The notes below the pieces were generated by a model, which did no database searches, was not told the origin of the DNA, and saw only the letters and a program-made list of their open reading frames with translations. This document shows positions 22,768 through 36,753 of a stretch of DNA of 64,000 bases, one piece after another. The position numbers and the translations under genes were made by a program. Position 1 is the stretch's first letter. Each line of letters begins with the position of its first letter. This DNA comes from Haliotis rufescens. Lineage: Eukaryota. The stretch covers positions 86,676,001 to 86,740,000 of the forward strand of contig NW_025963779.1 in NCBI RefSeq assembly GCF_023055435.1. Direction: 5' to 3'.

Positions 22768-23844
22768 CTACGTGCTACGCTGTGGTATCAGTGACTGTCC
22801 ACCCGCTGACTGACAGTACTCGGAGGGCCACCCTGCCGAAGAGACACAAGGTAGACGAACACACAGTGAGTCTTACATGACAGTTGACCAACACCATGTG
22901 ACAGTGGACAATACTGTTCACTGCCGGAGACGATTCTCGGTTTTATCCGGGTGTATATTCTTTACACAGGCCACTGTCGTGTCTCACAGTTCACAGTTAC
23001 TTTGTATGAAAACACGTAGGTCTGTATCTCCATGTACGTTTATGTCAGCTGTCACTTGAGTGTGTGAAATCACAGGGACATATAATACACTCGATTGTCA
23101 CTGACAGTAGCTCACAAGGTATCGCAGGCCATTTATGTTCTAATGCATAGTAAACGTTACAGCTACACCATCTTCCCAAGTCAAGGAAGTTAACTGACTA
23201 TAAAAGTCCAGTTTCCACCCTCGCCGAACTAGGCTGAAATTATGGATTATTTTGGTCTATTGCAGGATTTGTAAAGCAAGTGTACCCCCAAATCGGCGTC
23301 AACAGATATTTTCCATTTTTTTTCAAGTTTTTTAATCAAGGCACTCATGCCATTTGATGCACTTCGCGAAGTAAGACCCGTTTTATCACAATAAATTTTG
23401 ATTATCGGTCAGATCATCTCGACTGCACGCCGTCATTTTGCATGAAGCAAACGCAAGTGATATGAGAGGTGGAATATGATTGGTCAATAGGAGGGACATA
23501 GAAGGATCGAGACTTGTAATAGCCACTGGTGGCGCAACGATCGAGTCTAGAAATGCCAGTCTAGTTCGGCGCGGGTAGGCTTTTACAGTCAGTTGACACC
23601 TTGCTTCGGGAAGAAGCAGCTACACATGTACTGTGTATATAATGTAAAATGTACAAAAAACAAACAAACTGTTATTTGGTGATTATTTCAAAGAACTTAC
23701 GTTTTGTCAAGCATTGAATAATTCGTCGTGGATAGGGTCTTGGGGAAAGTCTGAAGTCATCGCTATGCTTTGTTTCACCACAAGAACATGGAGCTGTGCA
23801 AAAGAAATTTTCAAATGTTTCTAAACTTTCTCATTACAGCGGCC

Positions 23845-24636
23845 ATGGAAAAGTCAATGAACATGTTTTCCGAGGCATGCCTAACCAGTGATGTGGCGCT
23901 TGTAGTCGAGGGTAAAAAGCTGCACGTGAACAAAACAGTACTTTCGATTGCATCTCCAGTCTTTGAAAAAATGTTCTTTGGGGAATTCAAAGAGAAAACC
24001 TTATTAGAAGTTCCGCTACCCGAGAAGACATACGACGACATGGTAGAGCTGCTTCTGTGCATTTACCCATCGACCACCAATCCGATCACAGCAGACAACA
24101 TTGACGCACTACTTCCATTAGCGGAGGAATACCTTATGACGTCACTAAAACAACGCTGTCGCACGTTTGTCACAACCTACCTGAAACTAAACGTGAAAAC
24201 TCTATCTAAGTCTCAGCTGGTACATTTCATGCATCTAGCAGACAAATATGACTTTAATGATGTTCTTGAGGATTGTCTGACCCAGGCTGTGTACATTGAA
24301 TACAGTGATGTCAATGGGCTACAACACCAGGAGGGGTTCCAAGATCTCTGCGACAAGACAGCTGTCCAGTTCTTTAAGCGACGATTGGTGTTGGTGGAGG
24401 GACTTGTCAGACCGGTTTTGGAGAGCTCCACCACTGCTTCCGGGAACCTCCAAGAAGACTTCCAGACTATCATCAGCGGCAAGTGTAACGAGTTCTCCCA
24501 CCGCCATGCAAGGCACGAATGTCGAGAATGTAAGGCTGTGTGTTGCGGGCGATGTCGGAAGCTCGGCACTGAAGCGATGGAAGATTTAGCTCACGTTATC
24601 AAGAATATGCTGCCTGCTTTCAAAGAGTCTGAATAG
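23845..24636 (+). CDS. BTB/POZ protein A2 (263 aa)
   Basis: Differs from A1 at about 6 aa. ORF intact. Confidence 0.88.
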   Translation: MEKSMNMFSEACLTSDVALVVEGKKLHVNKTVLSIASPVFEKMFFGEFKEKTLLEVPLPEKTYDDMVELLLCIYPSTTNPITADNIDALLPLAEEYLMTSLKQRCRTFVTTYLKLNVKTLSKSQLVHFMHLADKYDFNDVLEDCLTQAVYIEYSDVNGLQHQEGFQDLCDKTAVQFFKRRLVLVEGLVRPVLESSTTASGNLQEDFQTIISGKCNEFSHRHARHECRECKAVCCGRCRKLGTEAMEDLAHVIKNMLPAFKESE

Positions 24637-27516
24637 TGATCGTTTTACAAGTCAGACGTACATTTTGATCTTAGGATACGGACATTCACCAAACAATTGA
24701 GAATGTCAGTAATGAATTGGAGAATAAATCATTTTTCATCTCAGTCAATAGCACAAAAGCAAAATCAAGGCGACCTGTAAATAAACGAGACCTGGCCAAC
24801 CATTGGCTTAACACCGATCCATAGTTTCCATGTACATACTCAAACAGTTGACACCGGATCCTCATTTAAGTCGTCTTTTACACCAATCCTGTTTATTTGG
24901 GACGTCCACAACGAGGACTTTGTTAAAGACAAATTGTGGGACACTTGAATGTTGTTAATCCACGTGTATTGTCATCGTGCATAATCATCAGTTTGACGGC
25001 AGTATGTTTTATAGAGTCGTTTACGATGTTTTGAGAACCCTATGTTTGATACACGCGTGAATCACATTATACATGTATTTAACTGAAAAAGAAATAGATG
25101 TTCTTGTGTTTGTAATATGCCAGGTCAAATGTTGAAATGCTACCTGTCTTCAAAGCTTCAGCACCATTACCTTCAGGAACGTTCAGTCTTATATTATAAT
25201 GTGTACATGAAATAACAGGTAAATAACAGTATATAGGCAGTACTTTGGATCTGCGTACACGACTTGTGCCACTACGTCGGTGGCATCACATTGAATTATA
25301 CTACACTGCCGGGCAAAAGAAAGTATACTTATGGTTGATGGTGGCTTAATTGAAAAAACAAGAACTGGTTATTCGATAGTGATGTATTTGATACGGGTAT
25401 CATAGTTGTGTTTTGGGCCTTAAGTTTGCAGTGTTTCGGCGACTGTTTTCAACCTAGTAACGTTTTGATAACGTTTGTAATATTTCGGCAAAATCCATTT
25501 TGCAAGTGTCTTTTGCCCGGCAGTTTACACTAAGCAATAACAACAGTTTAGTTTCACGTTGTATCAGAGACCATGTGAGCTATACTTCAGCCCAGGGATG
25601 TCATGCAATTAAGTCCTCAGGTCCACATACATATGCCAGAGTTTTACAAATTCGGATAAATCTTGATTTTTAGCAGTTCATATCTCTGATAAATAGAATG
25701 TTTGACATATAAATATCAAACGTCAGCGTCAAAGAATAGGCATCAGGTGTTCATGATATGAACAGTTTTACTGTGACAGAATCATCTTGTTCAAACAGCC
25801 GACGCTACAGCTTCGCAAGGACTCTTTTTGTATGTAATCTATATGTAACAACAAACACCTCACGACATTGGCTATTTATAGCGACCTCGTAATAGTGTTG
25901 TCATGCTTAAACCTGTGTACAGACGAATCAATTGGTATTGAATGGGACACATGTGACACTATCGACGAACGTACTCTTTAAATGCATACATTCAAGAGCA
26001 GATAAGTCTGAACATTAGTCGCCACAGTTTTGATGCAAATTCAATTTCCTGCTGTGCCTGGTGTCTGCGTTGTGGTCTGTGGCCTTGGTGACTGCCTACT
26101 CGCCACCCTGCTCAAGAGATACAAGGTTGACGATAGTGAGTATAACATGACAGTGGCCTGGCACCACGTGACTAGTGTACAATACTGTTCACTGCCGGAG
26201 ACGCTTCCTCGGTTTTATTCGGAAGTATATTCTATTGTTTTGAGGGGCGGTCGGGTAACCTAGTGGTTAAAGCGTTCCTCGTCCCGCCGAAGACCCGGGT
26301 TCGATTCCCGACATGGGTACAATGTGTGAAGCCCATTTCTGTTGTCTCCTGCCGTGATATTGCTGGAATATTGCTAAAAGCGACGTAAAACCATACTCAT
26401 TCACTCACACACTCTATTGTTTTGACACCCTGGCGGTTTCTATGTATAAACGGATTCGGATTCTCGTATGCTGTGTATTATCAGAAAAAACACCATCGGT
26501 GGTACATGAGTATACATTACAATACAGTTCCTAAGGCTTAGATAACATACAAGTAGGGATCCTAGACGATTGTGTAATGTTGCCGTCTGATGAATAAAAA
26601 GAAAACTACTATTAGATCTACCATTAAAAAAGGTTTGATTCTAAACAAAGTATCAAAATATACACACATTACGGGAAAAATTAGTTTCACAGGTGTGAAT
26701 TAACTGTTAATTGAATAAAACTATTATATCTGTCTGTGACAGCTGGCTTATTCACTCACCTAAAAAAACAACGAAAACACATTTAAGTACCGAACTAATG
26801 CAGTTAATATTTTCATAAAATATATTTTCACCTCAGTATACAATAAGAAATAGTTTGAATAATGATAAAGTATTTAAGAATAATGAAAAAACACCAGACT
26901 CTGCCCAAACAAGTAAATGGTCCACCAGTGTGTGGAGCTTATGGGCGTCTGCTACACCAAAATATGATATTTCCTTACAACTATTAATGAATGACTTGGT
27001 CTTCATGATATAGCTACCCCAGAGAATAGTGTTTAGAGTTATATCCCCTCACTTTCTTGACAACTTATTTTATAGCAGTAAATAGTTATTGCTTGACGCC
27101 GAACATGCAGTCATGCGACAATTCCGAAATAGATGTCTTGATCAATTTGAGAATGTGCTTTACGAATCTTGACCCTCATAATATAAAGCTCAAAGTGTGC
27201 TAAGAATACAAATTATGAAAGGTAATACGTCAAATTGTGTGCATCTGTTCAAAAGCCGAAGACAATATTAGCGGGAAGACATGATTAATAAACAAAAGTC
27301 TGTTGTCGTGTGCAACTCAATGCCAACAAACCACTTTTTACCAATATTCAGTCACATTACCTGTCGAGATGAGTGTATTTGGCCAAAGCTGAAACGTCAA
27401 AAAATCACGAAAAGGAAATTAACTGTCCAAAAACCAACTCTCAGTGGCGCGTATGTGATCGTATGACACCGTCGTCTCATGCTCCTAATATAGAATTTCT
27501 TATTACAGAAGCGGTC

Positions 27517-28146
27517 ATGGAAAATTCTGAGAACATGTTTTCCGAGGTATCCCTGACAAGTGATGTGGCGCTTGTAGTCGAGGACCAAAAGCTGCACGTG
27601 AACAAAACAGTACTTTCGATTGCATCTCCAGTCTTTGAAAAAATGTTTTTTGGGAAGTTCAAAAAGAAAACCTCATTAGAAGTTCCGCTACCCGGGAAGA
27701 CATACGACGACATTGTAGAGCTGCTACTGTGCATCTACCCATCGACCGTCAATCCGGTCACAGTAGACAACATTGACGCACTACTTCCACTGGCGGAGGA
27801 ATATGCAATGATGTCTCTAATACAACGCTGTCGCAGGTTTGTAAAGACCTACCTGAAACTACACGTGCGAACTTTATCCAAGTCTCAGCTGGTACATTTC
27901 ATGCATCTAGCAGACCGATATGACTTTGATGATGTCCTTGAGGATTGTCTGGCTCGGGCTGTGCACATTGAATACAGTGGCACTAATGGGCTACAACACA
28001 AGGAGGAGTTCCAAGATCTCAGTGACAAGGCGGCTGTCCAGTTCTTTAAGCGGCGATTGGTGTTGGTGGAGGGACTTGACAGACCGGTGGTGGCAAAAGC
28101 CCCTACTACGTTTATGAGATACCCAAAACCAGTAGTGAATTGGTGA
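27517..28146 (+). CDS. BTB/POZ protein B2, truncated (209 aa), possibly decaying
   Basis: Open ORF with the same deletion as B1. FFGEFKEK has changed to FFGKFKKK. Confidence 0.65.
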   Translation: MENSENMFSEVSLTSDVALVVEDQKLHVNKTVLSIASPVFEKMFFGKFKKKTSLEVPLPGKTYDDIVELLLCIYPSTVNPVTVDNIDALLPLAEEYAMMSLIQRCRRFVKTYLKLHVRTLSKSQLVHFMHLADRYDFDDVLEDCLARAVHIEYSGTNGLQHKEEFQDLSDKAAVQFFKRRLVLVEGLDRPVVAKAPTTFMRYPKPVVNW

Positions 28147-29055
28147 ATGAAGTGTGTTTCGCTGCAGTCAGTAGCATAATAGCTATATCAAGGCGACCTG
28201 TAAATAATCGAGTCCTGGACATGCTCAAACAGTAGACACCGGATCTTAATTTAACTCGTCTCTAACAACAATCCTGTGTTACTAGGCACATACATAAGGA
28301 GGCATTAAAGACAAATTGTATACAACTATATAAGAGGCTCTTTGACAATAGGTCTGAGTGAAACTGTTGACATCGAATATGTTTCAGTTCTCTGTTGCTT
28401 ATGTATATTAAAAGTCATTTCATAGAACGGTCTAATCACAAGGATCACAATGTATGTTAGAACCAATTTCCCTTCATCAAGTTTTTTTTTATCTAAGTTA
28501 CAATCACTTTGCCTTCTCATGTTCAAGATTTTCACAAAGTAAAGGGTAAAATTATGTTTTGTTTGTTTGTTTATTTGTCGTATCTCTGCCTTACTTCAAA
28601 ACGTCTTTACGTTGATAGATGGGACAAGAAAGGATTTCAGAGAAACTTAGCCTTATTTGTTTGTTTTGTTTGTTGTTTAACGCCAGACTCAGCAATAGTC
28701 CAGCTATATGACGGCGGTCTGTAAATAATCGAGTCAGGACCAGACAATCCAAGGATTGATATCATGAGTATCGATCCACGCAATTGGGATACGATGACAT
28801 GCATCAACCAAGTCAGCGAGCCTGACCACCCGATCTCGTTAGTCGCCTCTTACGACAAGCATAATCGCCTGTTACGGAAAGCATGGGTTGCTGAAGACCT
28901 ATTCTACCTCGGATCTTCACGGGGTGAGACAAGCATGGGCTGCTGAAGACCTATTCTACCTCGGATCTTCACGGGGTGAGACTAGCTTGGGTTGCTGAAG
29001 ACCTATTCTACCCAAGATCTTCACGTGTTCCTTCTATAATAAGCTGGCTTTTGAC

Positions 29056-32000
29056 CAGGCCCCGATTTCTCCATAAATTAATTCCATAAACCAGAGGATG
29101 CAATGTGTTGATAGCATTGACAGTAAATTAACTATGATTGACAATAAGCTGACATCTCTCGACATTACAATGATAGAGACAACACTTCGCGTTGATAAGC
29201 TTGAAGCCTGTGTGAGAGAGACTGCATCAGCAAACAAAAAGCTGAAACAACAGGTACGGGAGCTTACAGAACAGAGTACCGAGGATCGGGACAGGTTGTC
29301 GAGAGATGTAGAAGACGTGTTTTATGACATAGACTCCATATACCAGGAACAGCGAGACCTGAAAGAATCTGTTATTGACCTGAAAACACGCTCTATGAGA
29401 GATAATCTACTCTTTCACGGGATCCCGGAAATGCCTGGAGAAGAACCTAAAGAGGTAATTAAATGTTTCTTAAAGAAAGAAATGAAGTGTGACACAGACA
29501 TTCACCTCTTACGTGTACATAGGATTGGCCCTCACTTATCTAACAGACCACGTACTATAGTTGCAAAATTTGCAAATCCAGACGAACGGTGGGAAATCCT
29601 GACTAACACAAGACAGCTGAGAGAAACGCAATTCGGTGCTAGTGAACAATTTCCTCAAGAGATTGTGCAGAGACGAAGAGATCTACTCCCCATTTTCAAG
29701 GAAGGAAGGAGGCGTGGTTTGAAGTCTAACCTCACTGTAGACAGACTGTATATAGACGGGAGACGTGTGTACCCAGGAGACGACCCGTTTATAGATCTCA
29801 CCCCACGAGGCCCTCCCCCCAGCAGGAGATCATACGCGAGTGGCGTCGGTCGGTCAGACAACAGACAACCAAACAAGATGGCCAGGACTGAGGACACGGG
29901 AGAAAACAGGCCGCGGTAGGAGAATAACGGAGGTCAGCAAACCCGTGAGTCGCCTAACAGTGAAAACGTAACTTCCCACGAGAAACTTAAGATACTGTCT
30001 CTTAATGTGTGTGGTATTAGGACAAAGCTGTTGAACCCCGATTTTGTGAACGATGTGTCCAGATACGATATACTGTGTCTGACTGAAACTGAAACGTGTG
30101 ATTTAGATGCTGTGAACATCCCAGGATTCTCAGTTCATATGAATAACAGAACTAACGCACTGAACACACGTGTATCTGGCGGGATCATTGTAGCCATCAA
30201 AGAGACACTATTTGACAAGGTGAGCGTCATCGAAAAGATACATGATATTGTTTTATGGTGTAAGATACCAAGTGATTACCTGCATGTTAACGATGACCTT
30301 ATCCTAGGAACTGTCTATATACCACCAGAGCAAAGTAGATTTCATTCACCGGAAATATTTACAACACTAGAAAATGATATCATTCGTATGTCAAACTGCT
30401 CACAGTACATGTGTATTGTTGGTGATATGAATTGTCGTACTAAAAATCTTCCGGATTTTATCATTTTGGACGAATTTTTATGTGACAATGATATTATTGA
30501 CGAGGAATTATTGTTTTCAAATGTACAACTTCTAGTTGACAACGGTGTAAAATTAGATAGAATATCAATGGATACTGAAACAAACTGTAACGGGTATAAA
30601 CTCCTGGATTTATGTAAAAATAACCGGCTGTATATTGTGAATGGAAGATTAGGCAAAGACAAGGGTATTGGTAAACTGACATGCAGAAATGCCAGTGTTG
30701 TCGATTATTGTATTGCATCAGCAGAAACATTCCCATTATTAATAGATTTTGAGGTGCAGGAGTTTGACCCGATCTCGTCCGATGCACACTGTGGCTTATC
30801 GTTAACGTAAGATTGTACAGCACAACAACTATCTCCAGTTATAGATGATGACAAAGATGTACATGTACATAAAGTTGTAAAAAGATGGGTTCCTGATAAA
30901 AGTGAAACATTTTTATGTAATATCGATAAGGTTGCCATTACCCATCAGTGTACAGAATTAGATGCATGTAAAGACCAAATAGAGCCAAATGACATTAACC
31001 AAATTGTAAATAAACTCTCTCAGACGCTGGTTACTGCGGCTGCAACTACTCTAGGTACTGTAAGAAATTCTAGACACTCTGTACATAAGCACAAGCATAA
31101 ACCCTGGTTTGATGAAAAATGTAAATCATCACGTAGATTTTACCACAAGCGTAAACGTATATATGGAAGGACTAAAGACAGTAATAGCAAAGCTATGTAC
31201 ATTTCAGCTAGTAGAGCTTATAGTAAAACCCTAAAGAAGGCATTTAAGACATATCAAAACAAATGTGTCCAACAACTGAGGGAATGTAAGGATAGTAACC
31301 CTAAGAATTTTTGGGAAATTTTAAAATCATTTGAACCAAAGAAAACAGCGGAAATAATCAGTATTGACAAATTTTTCGAATTTTTTAAAGACCTTAATCA
31401 AAGTTCTGATGATAATGACGATGTTTTTGCCAATAACACATATTATGATAATCATGATGATATCTTAGATTGTAGGATTACAGAAGAAGAAATTATGTCA
31501 GCTGTCCGTGCATTGAAGAACAATAAGGCTTGTGGGTTGGATGGTATTTACAATGAGTACATTAAAAGCTCTATTCATGTTATGATGCCGGTTTACGTGA
31601 GTTTTTTAACCTCGTTTTTGACGCTGGAGTTTTACCTGAAGCTTGGCTTGTTGGCAAAATAAAACCAATCTACAAAAACAAAGGAAACCAAGCTGACCCA
31701 GACAATTACAGAGGTATTTCTATCCTAAGCTGTTTAGGTAAATTGTTCACTACACTATTGAATAATCGTTTACAAGCTTACTCAGTTCAGACTAATCTGA
31801 TAAGCGAAGCGCAAGCAGGATTAAGGAAAAAATACTCAACAATTGACAATATGTTTATTCTTAAAGCTCTCATTGATATCTATAGAAATCTTAATAAGAA
31901 GTTGTATTGTGTTTTCGTCGATTTTAGCAAAGCTTTCGATACAGTATGGTGGTGTGGTCTGTGGACAAAAATGATAAAGTCTAATATCAAAGGAAAATGT

Positions 32001-33508
32001 TTTAATGTCATATATAATATGTATCAAAATATCAAATCTTGTGTTTCACATAATAACAAGGTGTCAGGTTTCATCCCATGTAAAATTGGTGTAAGACAAG
32101 GTGAAAATTTGTCACCTTTCCTGTTTGCTTTGTACCTTAATGACCTTGAACAATTTTTATCTGAAAATGACTTTGAAGGACTGCATAATGTAAATATCCT
32201 TTTAATAGATTCACTTGAACTGTACGTAAAACTTTTTCTCATTCTGTATGCCGATGATACTGTTTTAATAGCCGAAAGCCCAGAAGATTTAAGAAAGTGT
32301 CTCACTATATTTGAAGAATATTGTACTATCTGGAAACTTAAAGTCAATGTTGACAAAACGAAAGTTGTTATTTTTGCCAAGCGCTCCACAAATAGAGTCA
32401 AATTTATGTTAAATGACTCGATTCTTCATGTTGTTAAAGAATATGTTTACCTTGGTATTTTATTTACAAACACTGGTAGATTCTGTAAGGCACTAAAGAG
32501 ACTGACAGATCAGGCATCTAGAGCAATGTACGCTGTATTTCGTAAAATTAGAATATTAGAAATTCCTATTGACTGTCAACTGAAATTATTTGATTAACTT
32601 GTTCAGCCAGTATTGTTATATGGATCTGAGGTGTGGGGTTTTGAAAATGCTGTTTTTAATTGAACGTGTACATCTTAAATTTTGTAAATATATTCTCAAG
32701 TTAAAACAGTCAACACCCGATTACATGGTATATGGTGAACTAGGGAGGTATCCTCTCAGCATTTTCATTAAGATAAGAATGATTTCATATTGGTGCAAGC
32801 TAACATCATCACAAACTAGCCTTTCTAGTATAGTATATAAACTTATGTTTCAAATGTCCATTGCAAATCCAGATTACCATTTCCCACTATTAAAAGAAGT
32901 AAAATGCATTCTTCAAAATATAGGCTTTAATTACATTTGGCTGTCTCAAACCTTTATTAGTGCCGCATGGTTGAAACAAAATGTGAAACATGTTCTCATT
33001 GATAATTTTCTACAAAGATGGCGAGAATCAAAGGAAAATTCATCTAAAGGTTACTATTATAACATGTTTAAAGAGTTACCGTCTCTAGAACCTTATTTAC
33101 TAGAACTACCAATCACCCTACGCATCTCTCTTGCTCGTTTTAGAACACCAAATCATAGATTACCTATTGAAACAGGAAGATGGTATAATATTGTGAGAGA
33201 GGAAAGAAAATGTACATTGTGTAAAATTTTTATATGTGATGAAATGCACTTTTTATTAGAATATCCAAAACTCTCAGAAATTAGAAACAAGTTTTTGCCT
33301 CAATACTACTGTATGTATCCTTCTGCCGTAAAATTCTCCCATTGGATGTCCATTACTTATAAGCCAATTCTATTAAAACTGGCAAGTTATATAAGATCAT
33401 GTATGGAAATGTTCCACTGACATGTTTTCTTCATTGTATCTAATTCCTGTGTCCAATTACATCTCTGTATCACTGCCTTGATTTACGAGAATAAACATCA
33501 TTCATTCA
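29056..33508 (+). mobile_element. Defective LINE, duplicate copy retaining the RT core
   Basis: ORF1 29098-29919, APE 30007-30810, RT with GVRQGENLSPFLF and LYADD (31743-32597). Stops at 30808 and 32595. Frameshifts near 31600 and 32657. Confidence 0.93.
29098..29919 (+). CDS. LINE ORF1 protein (copy Z)
   Basis: Differs from 10332-11153 at about 4 aa. Confidence 0.75.
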   Translation: MQCVDSIDSKLTMIDNKLTSLDITMIETTLRVDKLEACVRETASANKKLKQQVRELTEQSTEDRDRLSRDVEDVFYDIDSIYQEQRDLKESVIDLKTRSMRDNLLFHGIPEMPGEEPKEVIKCFLKKEMKCDTDIHLLRVHRIGPHLSNRPRTIVAKFANPDERWEILTNTRQLRETQFGASEQFPQEIVQRRRDLLPIFKEGRRRGLKSNLTVDRLYIDGRRVYPGDDPFIDLTPRGPPPSRRSYASGVGRSDNRQPNKMARTEDTGENRPR

Positions 33509-36470
33509 GCAACAGTCCTGGTGTTAGGATCTCAGTAACGGTGGCACCAGGCACGACTGGAGGGCAAAACATTCGTACAATGAGATTTTTTGCATGTTTG
33601 TTTTGCCAATGTATAATTACTGTTTCTTGTGGTGCATACGTGCAGTTTGTTGTATGTTGATACAGTATACTGTCGTGATTGTCTAGACCCAGGCTCGTGG
33701 CCCGCCCTCGCTATACAGCCTTAGAACATGAAGCCATGCTGTCCAACGGCTAATGGAGCCTAGATTAGATTGTGCCCCTGTATACAGCTCCTACTACCTG
33801 GAGCAGGTTGCCACTCCCCCTATATACAGCTCCTACTACCTGGAGCAGGTTGCCACACCCCCTTTATACAGCTCCTACAACCTGGAGCAGGTTGCCACTC
33901 CCCATTTATACAGCTCCTACAACCTGGAGCAAGTTGCCACTACCCCTTTATACAGCTCCTATAACTTGGAGCAGGTTGCGACTCCCCCTTTATACAGATC
34001 CTACTACCTGGAGCAGGTTGCCACTCCCCCTTTATACAGCTCCTATAACTTGGAGCAGGTTGCGACTCCCCCTTTATACAGCTCAAAACACCTAGAGCCG
34101 GTTTCCACACACCTGTTATACAGCTCCTACTACCTGGAGCAGGTTGCCACTCCCCCTTTATACAGCTCCTATAACTTGGAGCAGGTTGCGACTCCCCCTT
34201 TACACAGCTCAAAACACCTAGAGCCGGTTTCCACACACCTGTTATACAGCTCCTACTACCTGGAGCAGGTTGCCACTCCCCCTTTATACAGCTCCTATAA
34301 CTTGGAGCAGGTTGCGACTCCCCCTTTATACAGCTCAAAACACCTAGAGCCGGTTTCCACACACCTGTTATACAGCTCCTACTACCCCTCCCGCTTCCGC
34401 CCTCAGATACACATACAAACGTCAAAAGAAGTAGAGGTTCGAAGTAAAACGTGAGCTTGATGCTGTGCTGAGATCACGAGGGTCGAAACATGGCGAACAC
34501 CTGACAGGAAGTACAATCTCAGCCCTGTACCACAATGCTCTGCTTCCTGCTAGTGATGACGTCTCGTACATCAAGTCGCCTCACTGTAGCAGAGCTCCAC
34601 GAATTGTAGATTAGAAACGGCTTCTTTCAGTAGACTAATCGGATTTACGCTTAACTCAGCTTTGCAAAAGCAGGCTAGACGTAGATGATTTATTCTTGTC
34701 TATTTATTTCACCTTTCGTTGTGTAAATACCATCTACGTCATTCTATGTATATGTACATAATACGCGCGTATGTGTGTGCGTGTGTGTGTCTGTGTGTGT
34801 GTGCATGTGCATGTGCATGTGTGCGTGTATGTGTGCGTGTGTGTACATCATGTTAATAGACATTTGTATAATTATCCGTCAATGTAAATATATATTTCCG
34901 GACAGATCAAAAAACGTTTTAAATGGTAAATTGAAAGTCATGAAACTGCCATACCAACCCCCTTGACAATGATGGCTGCATAGCGAAACAAAAGGTTCTA
35001 TTATCAAGATAAATAATTTCATGTAACTGTGTTCAGTAGTGTTGAAACGATTCATCGACTCACCAATTCATCCCGATATCAAAACCAACGCTACGATACA
35101 CAACAAGTTACGGGTGGGTGTTTGAACGGGAAATATTCAATATTAAACACTTCAGATATTCTCCAAGCTGACCGACACCCTTTTTTTCTATTTTATAGAC
35201 CGGGGCGGTGGGGTAGCCCAGTGGCTGAAGCGTAAGATCGTCACGCCGAAGTCTTGGGGTTCGATTTGCCACATGGGTACAGTGTGTGAATTCCATGCCA
35301 GGTGTTCTCCGCTGTTATATTGCTGGAATATTGAAAAAAGCGGCGTAATACGCACTTACCATCATGCAGTTTGGGGCTGCATTGGGATTATCAGGGATTC
35401 GTTTCTGTATCAAACTAGCACTCCGTGCGTACAGGTTTACTCTGGAGTTGTGTAAAAGGGTACGAAGTGTGACGTTAGTGAATCGTTCCAGCTCTTCTAT
35501 TAACTTAACGTAAACGCCTTCCTACTTTCATGTTTTTCTCCCCAAAATTAGAGGTAGTCATCGAGTCATTTTAAAAGGTTAGAAGACCTAAATTTGCATG
35601 AGTCCTAAATACTTCACAAATGAATTGTCCTTCTTCACACATAATCAGCACGACATCTTGTTTAAACGTATCTCGCATTACAACAATCAAACTAGTAATC
35701 GTATTTTCCTTGTGTCTTGTTATATAAAGCTTACACTCAAATCGTTGATGACTACCTTTAAGCAGTGAAGCCGTGAAGCCGTGAAGCCGTGAAGCCGTGA
35801 AGCCGTGATATAACTGAAATACTGTTTAGTCGGCTGGTTCACTGTAATTAATAGTTTGTCATTGTATACATGTACATAGTGATGTATCTGGTACATGTAC
35901 GTACGCTTCATCCATTTGTACATAATGTTCCGTGTATATAACATCATGTCTTCATCGTTCTAATAATCGAATAAAACAATATCAATATAATCGTTCGTGT
36001 GTTTGTATATATCTATCTGAAGTATCGGCATGTAGGTATTGTGGCATATCACTTATCCAAGGTTGTATTTATTTACCAAATGAAAAGTGGTTATGAATTT
36101 TTCACACATTGTTTATGGGCAGGCTATCATATTGATACAACAATAACATTATTTCGTGGGTACAGAAATTGATTTGTTTGCATGTGATAGAGATACAATC
36201 ATAATCACATCTAAGGTGTTGACGTTGAAATTAAGATTAAAAATGTGAAACAAAATCCCCACACTCATTTCATAGTCATGATATTATGCTATAGGCAGGA
36301 AAGATAGATCCATGTAACCATCACCATCACTTATTTTGCTATTTTGTTTTAAAATCCGGATTGATTTCAACGTTATGAAAATGTGTGGGCATGTATAACA
36401 TTTTGCTCAGCTGGGCCCACAGAGAGATTCTGGTCAGTAAGACTTTATATTTTCATTAAATCGTGTTTGA

Positions 36471-36753
36471 GTGAGTGAGTGAGTGAGTTGGGTTTAACGC
36501 CGCTTTTAACAGTATTCCAGTCATATCGCGGCGTGTCAGCTTAATGTGGGAGGAAAGCCCGAAGTGATGCAGGTCTCAGACGTTTACCACTTCGGTGAAA
36601 CCCACGAGCACGGGTATGGTGCTGACAAACCTAGAAACATAATCGGGGCGAACCGGGATTCGAACCCACAATCATAGGTTTCTGGCGTGTCCAGGGACGC
36701 AACTCTGCACAGCGAATCGCGGCGCCTTAGACGACTGGGCCACCCGTGCCCCC
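36471..36753 (-). mobile_element. tRNA(Leu/Ser-like)-headed SINE, family 3 (partial ortholog at 1-113)
   Basis: Perfect 13-bp TSD aaatcgtgtttga (36458-70 and 36754-66). A box tggcccagtcgtctaaggcg, B box ggttcgaatccc, (actc)n tail. Empty site at about 18504. Confidence 0.92.

Larger units (their letters stand above)
10290..29055. repeat. Tandem segmental duplication copy Y (18,766 bp)
   Basis: ORF pairs are offset by 18,766 bp (10332/29098, 11241/30007). The junction gct(t/a)tgac|caggccccgatttctcc recurs at 10290 and 29056. Confidence 0.93.

Noticed and set aside
33753-34454. 233-aa repeat protein (YSSYNLEQVATPPL)n; likewise the ORFs at 59119-59917, 169-516 and 36584-37159
   Set aside because: These are by-products of tandem repeats that lack stops. 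The paralogous array in Y is frameshifted and stopped.
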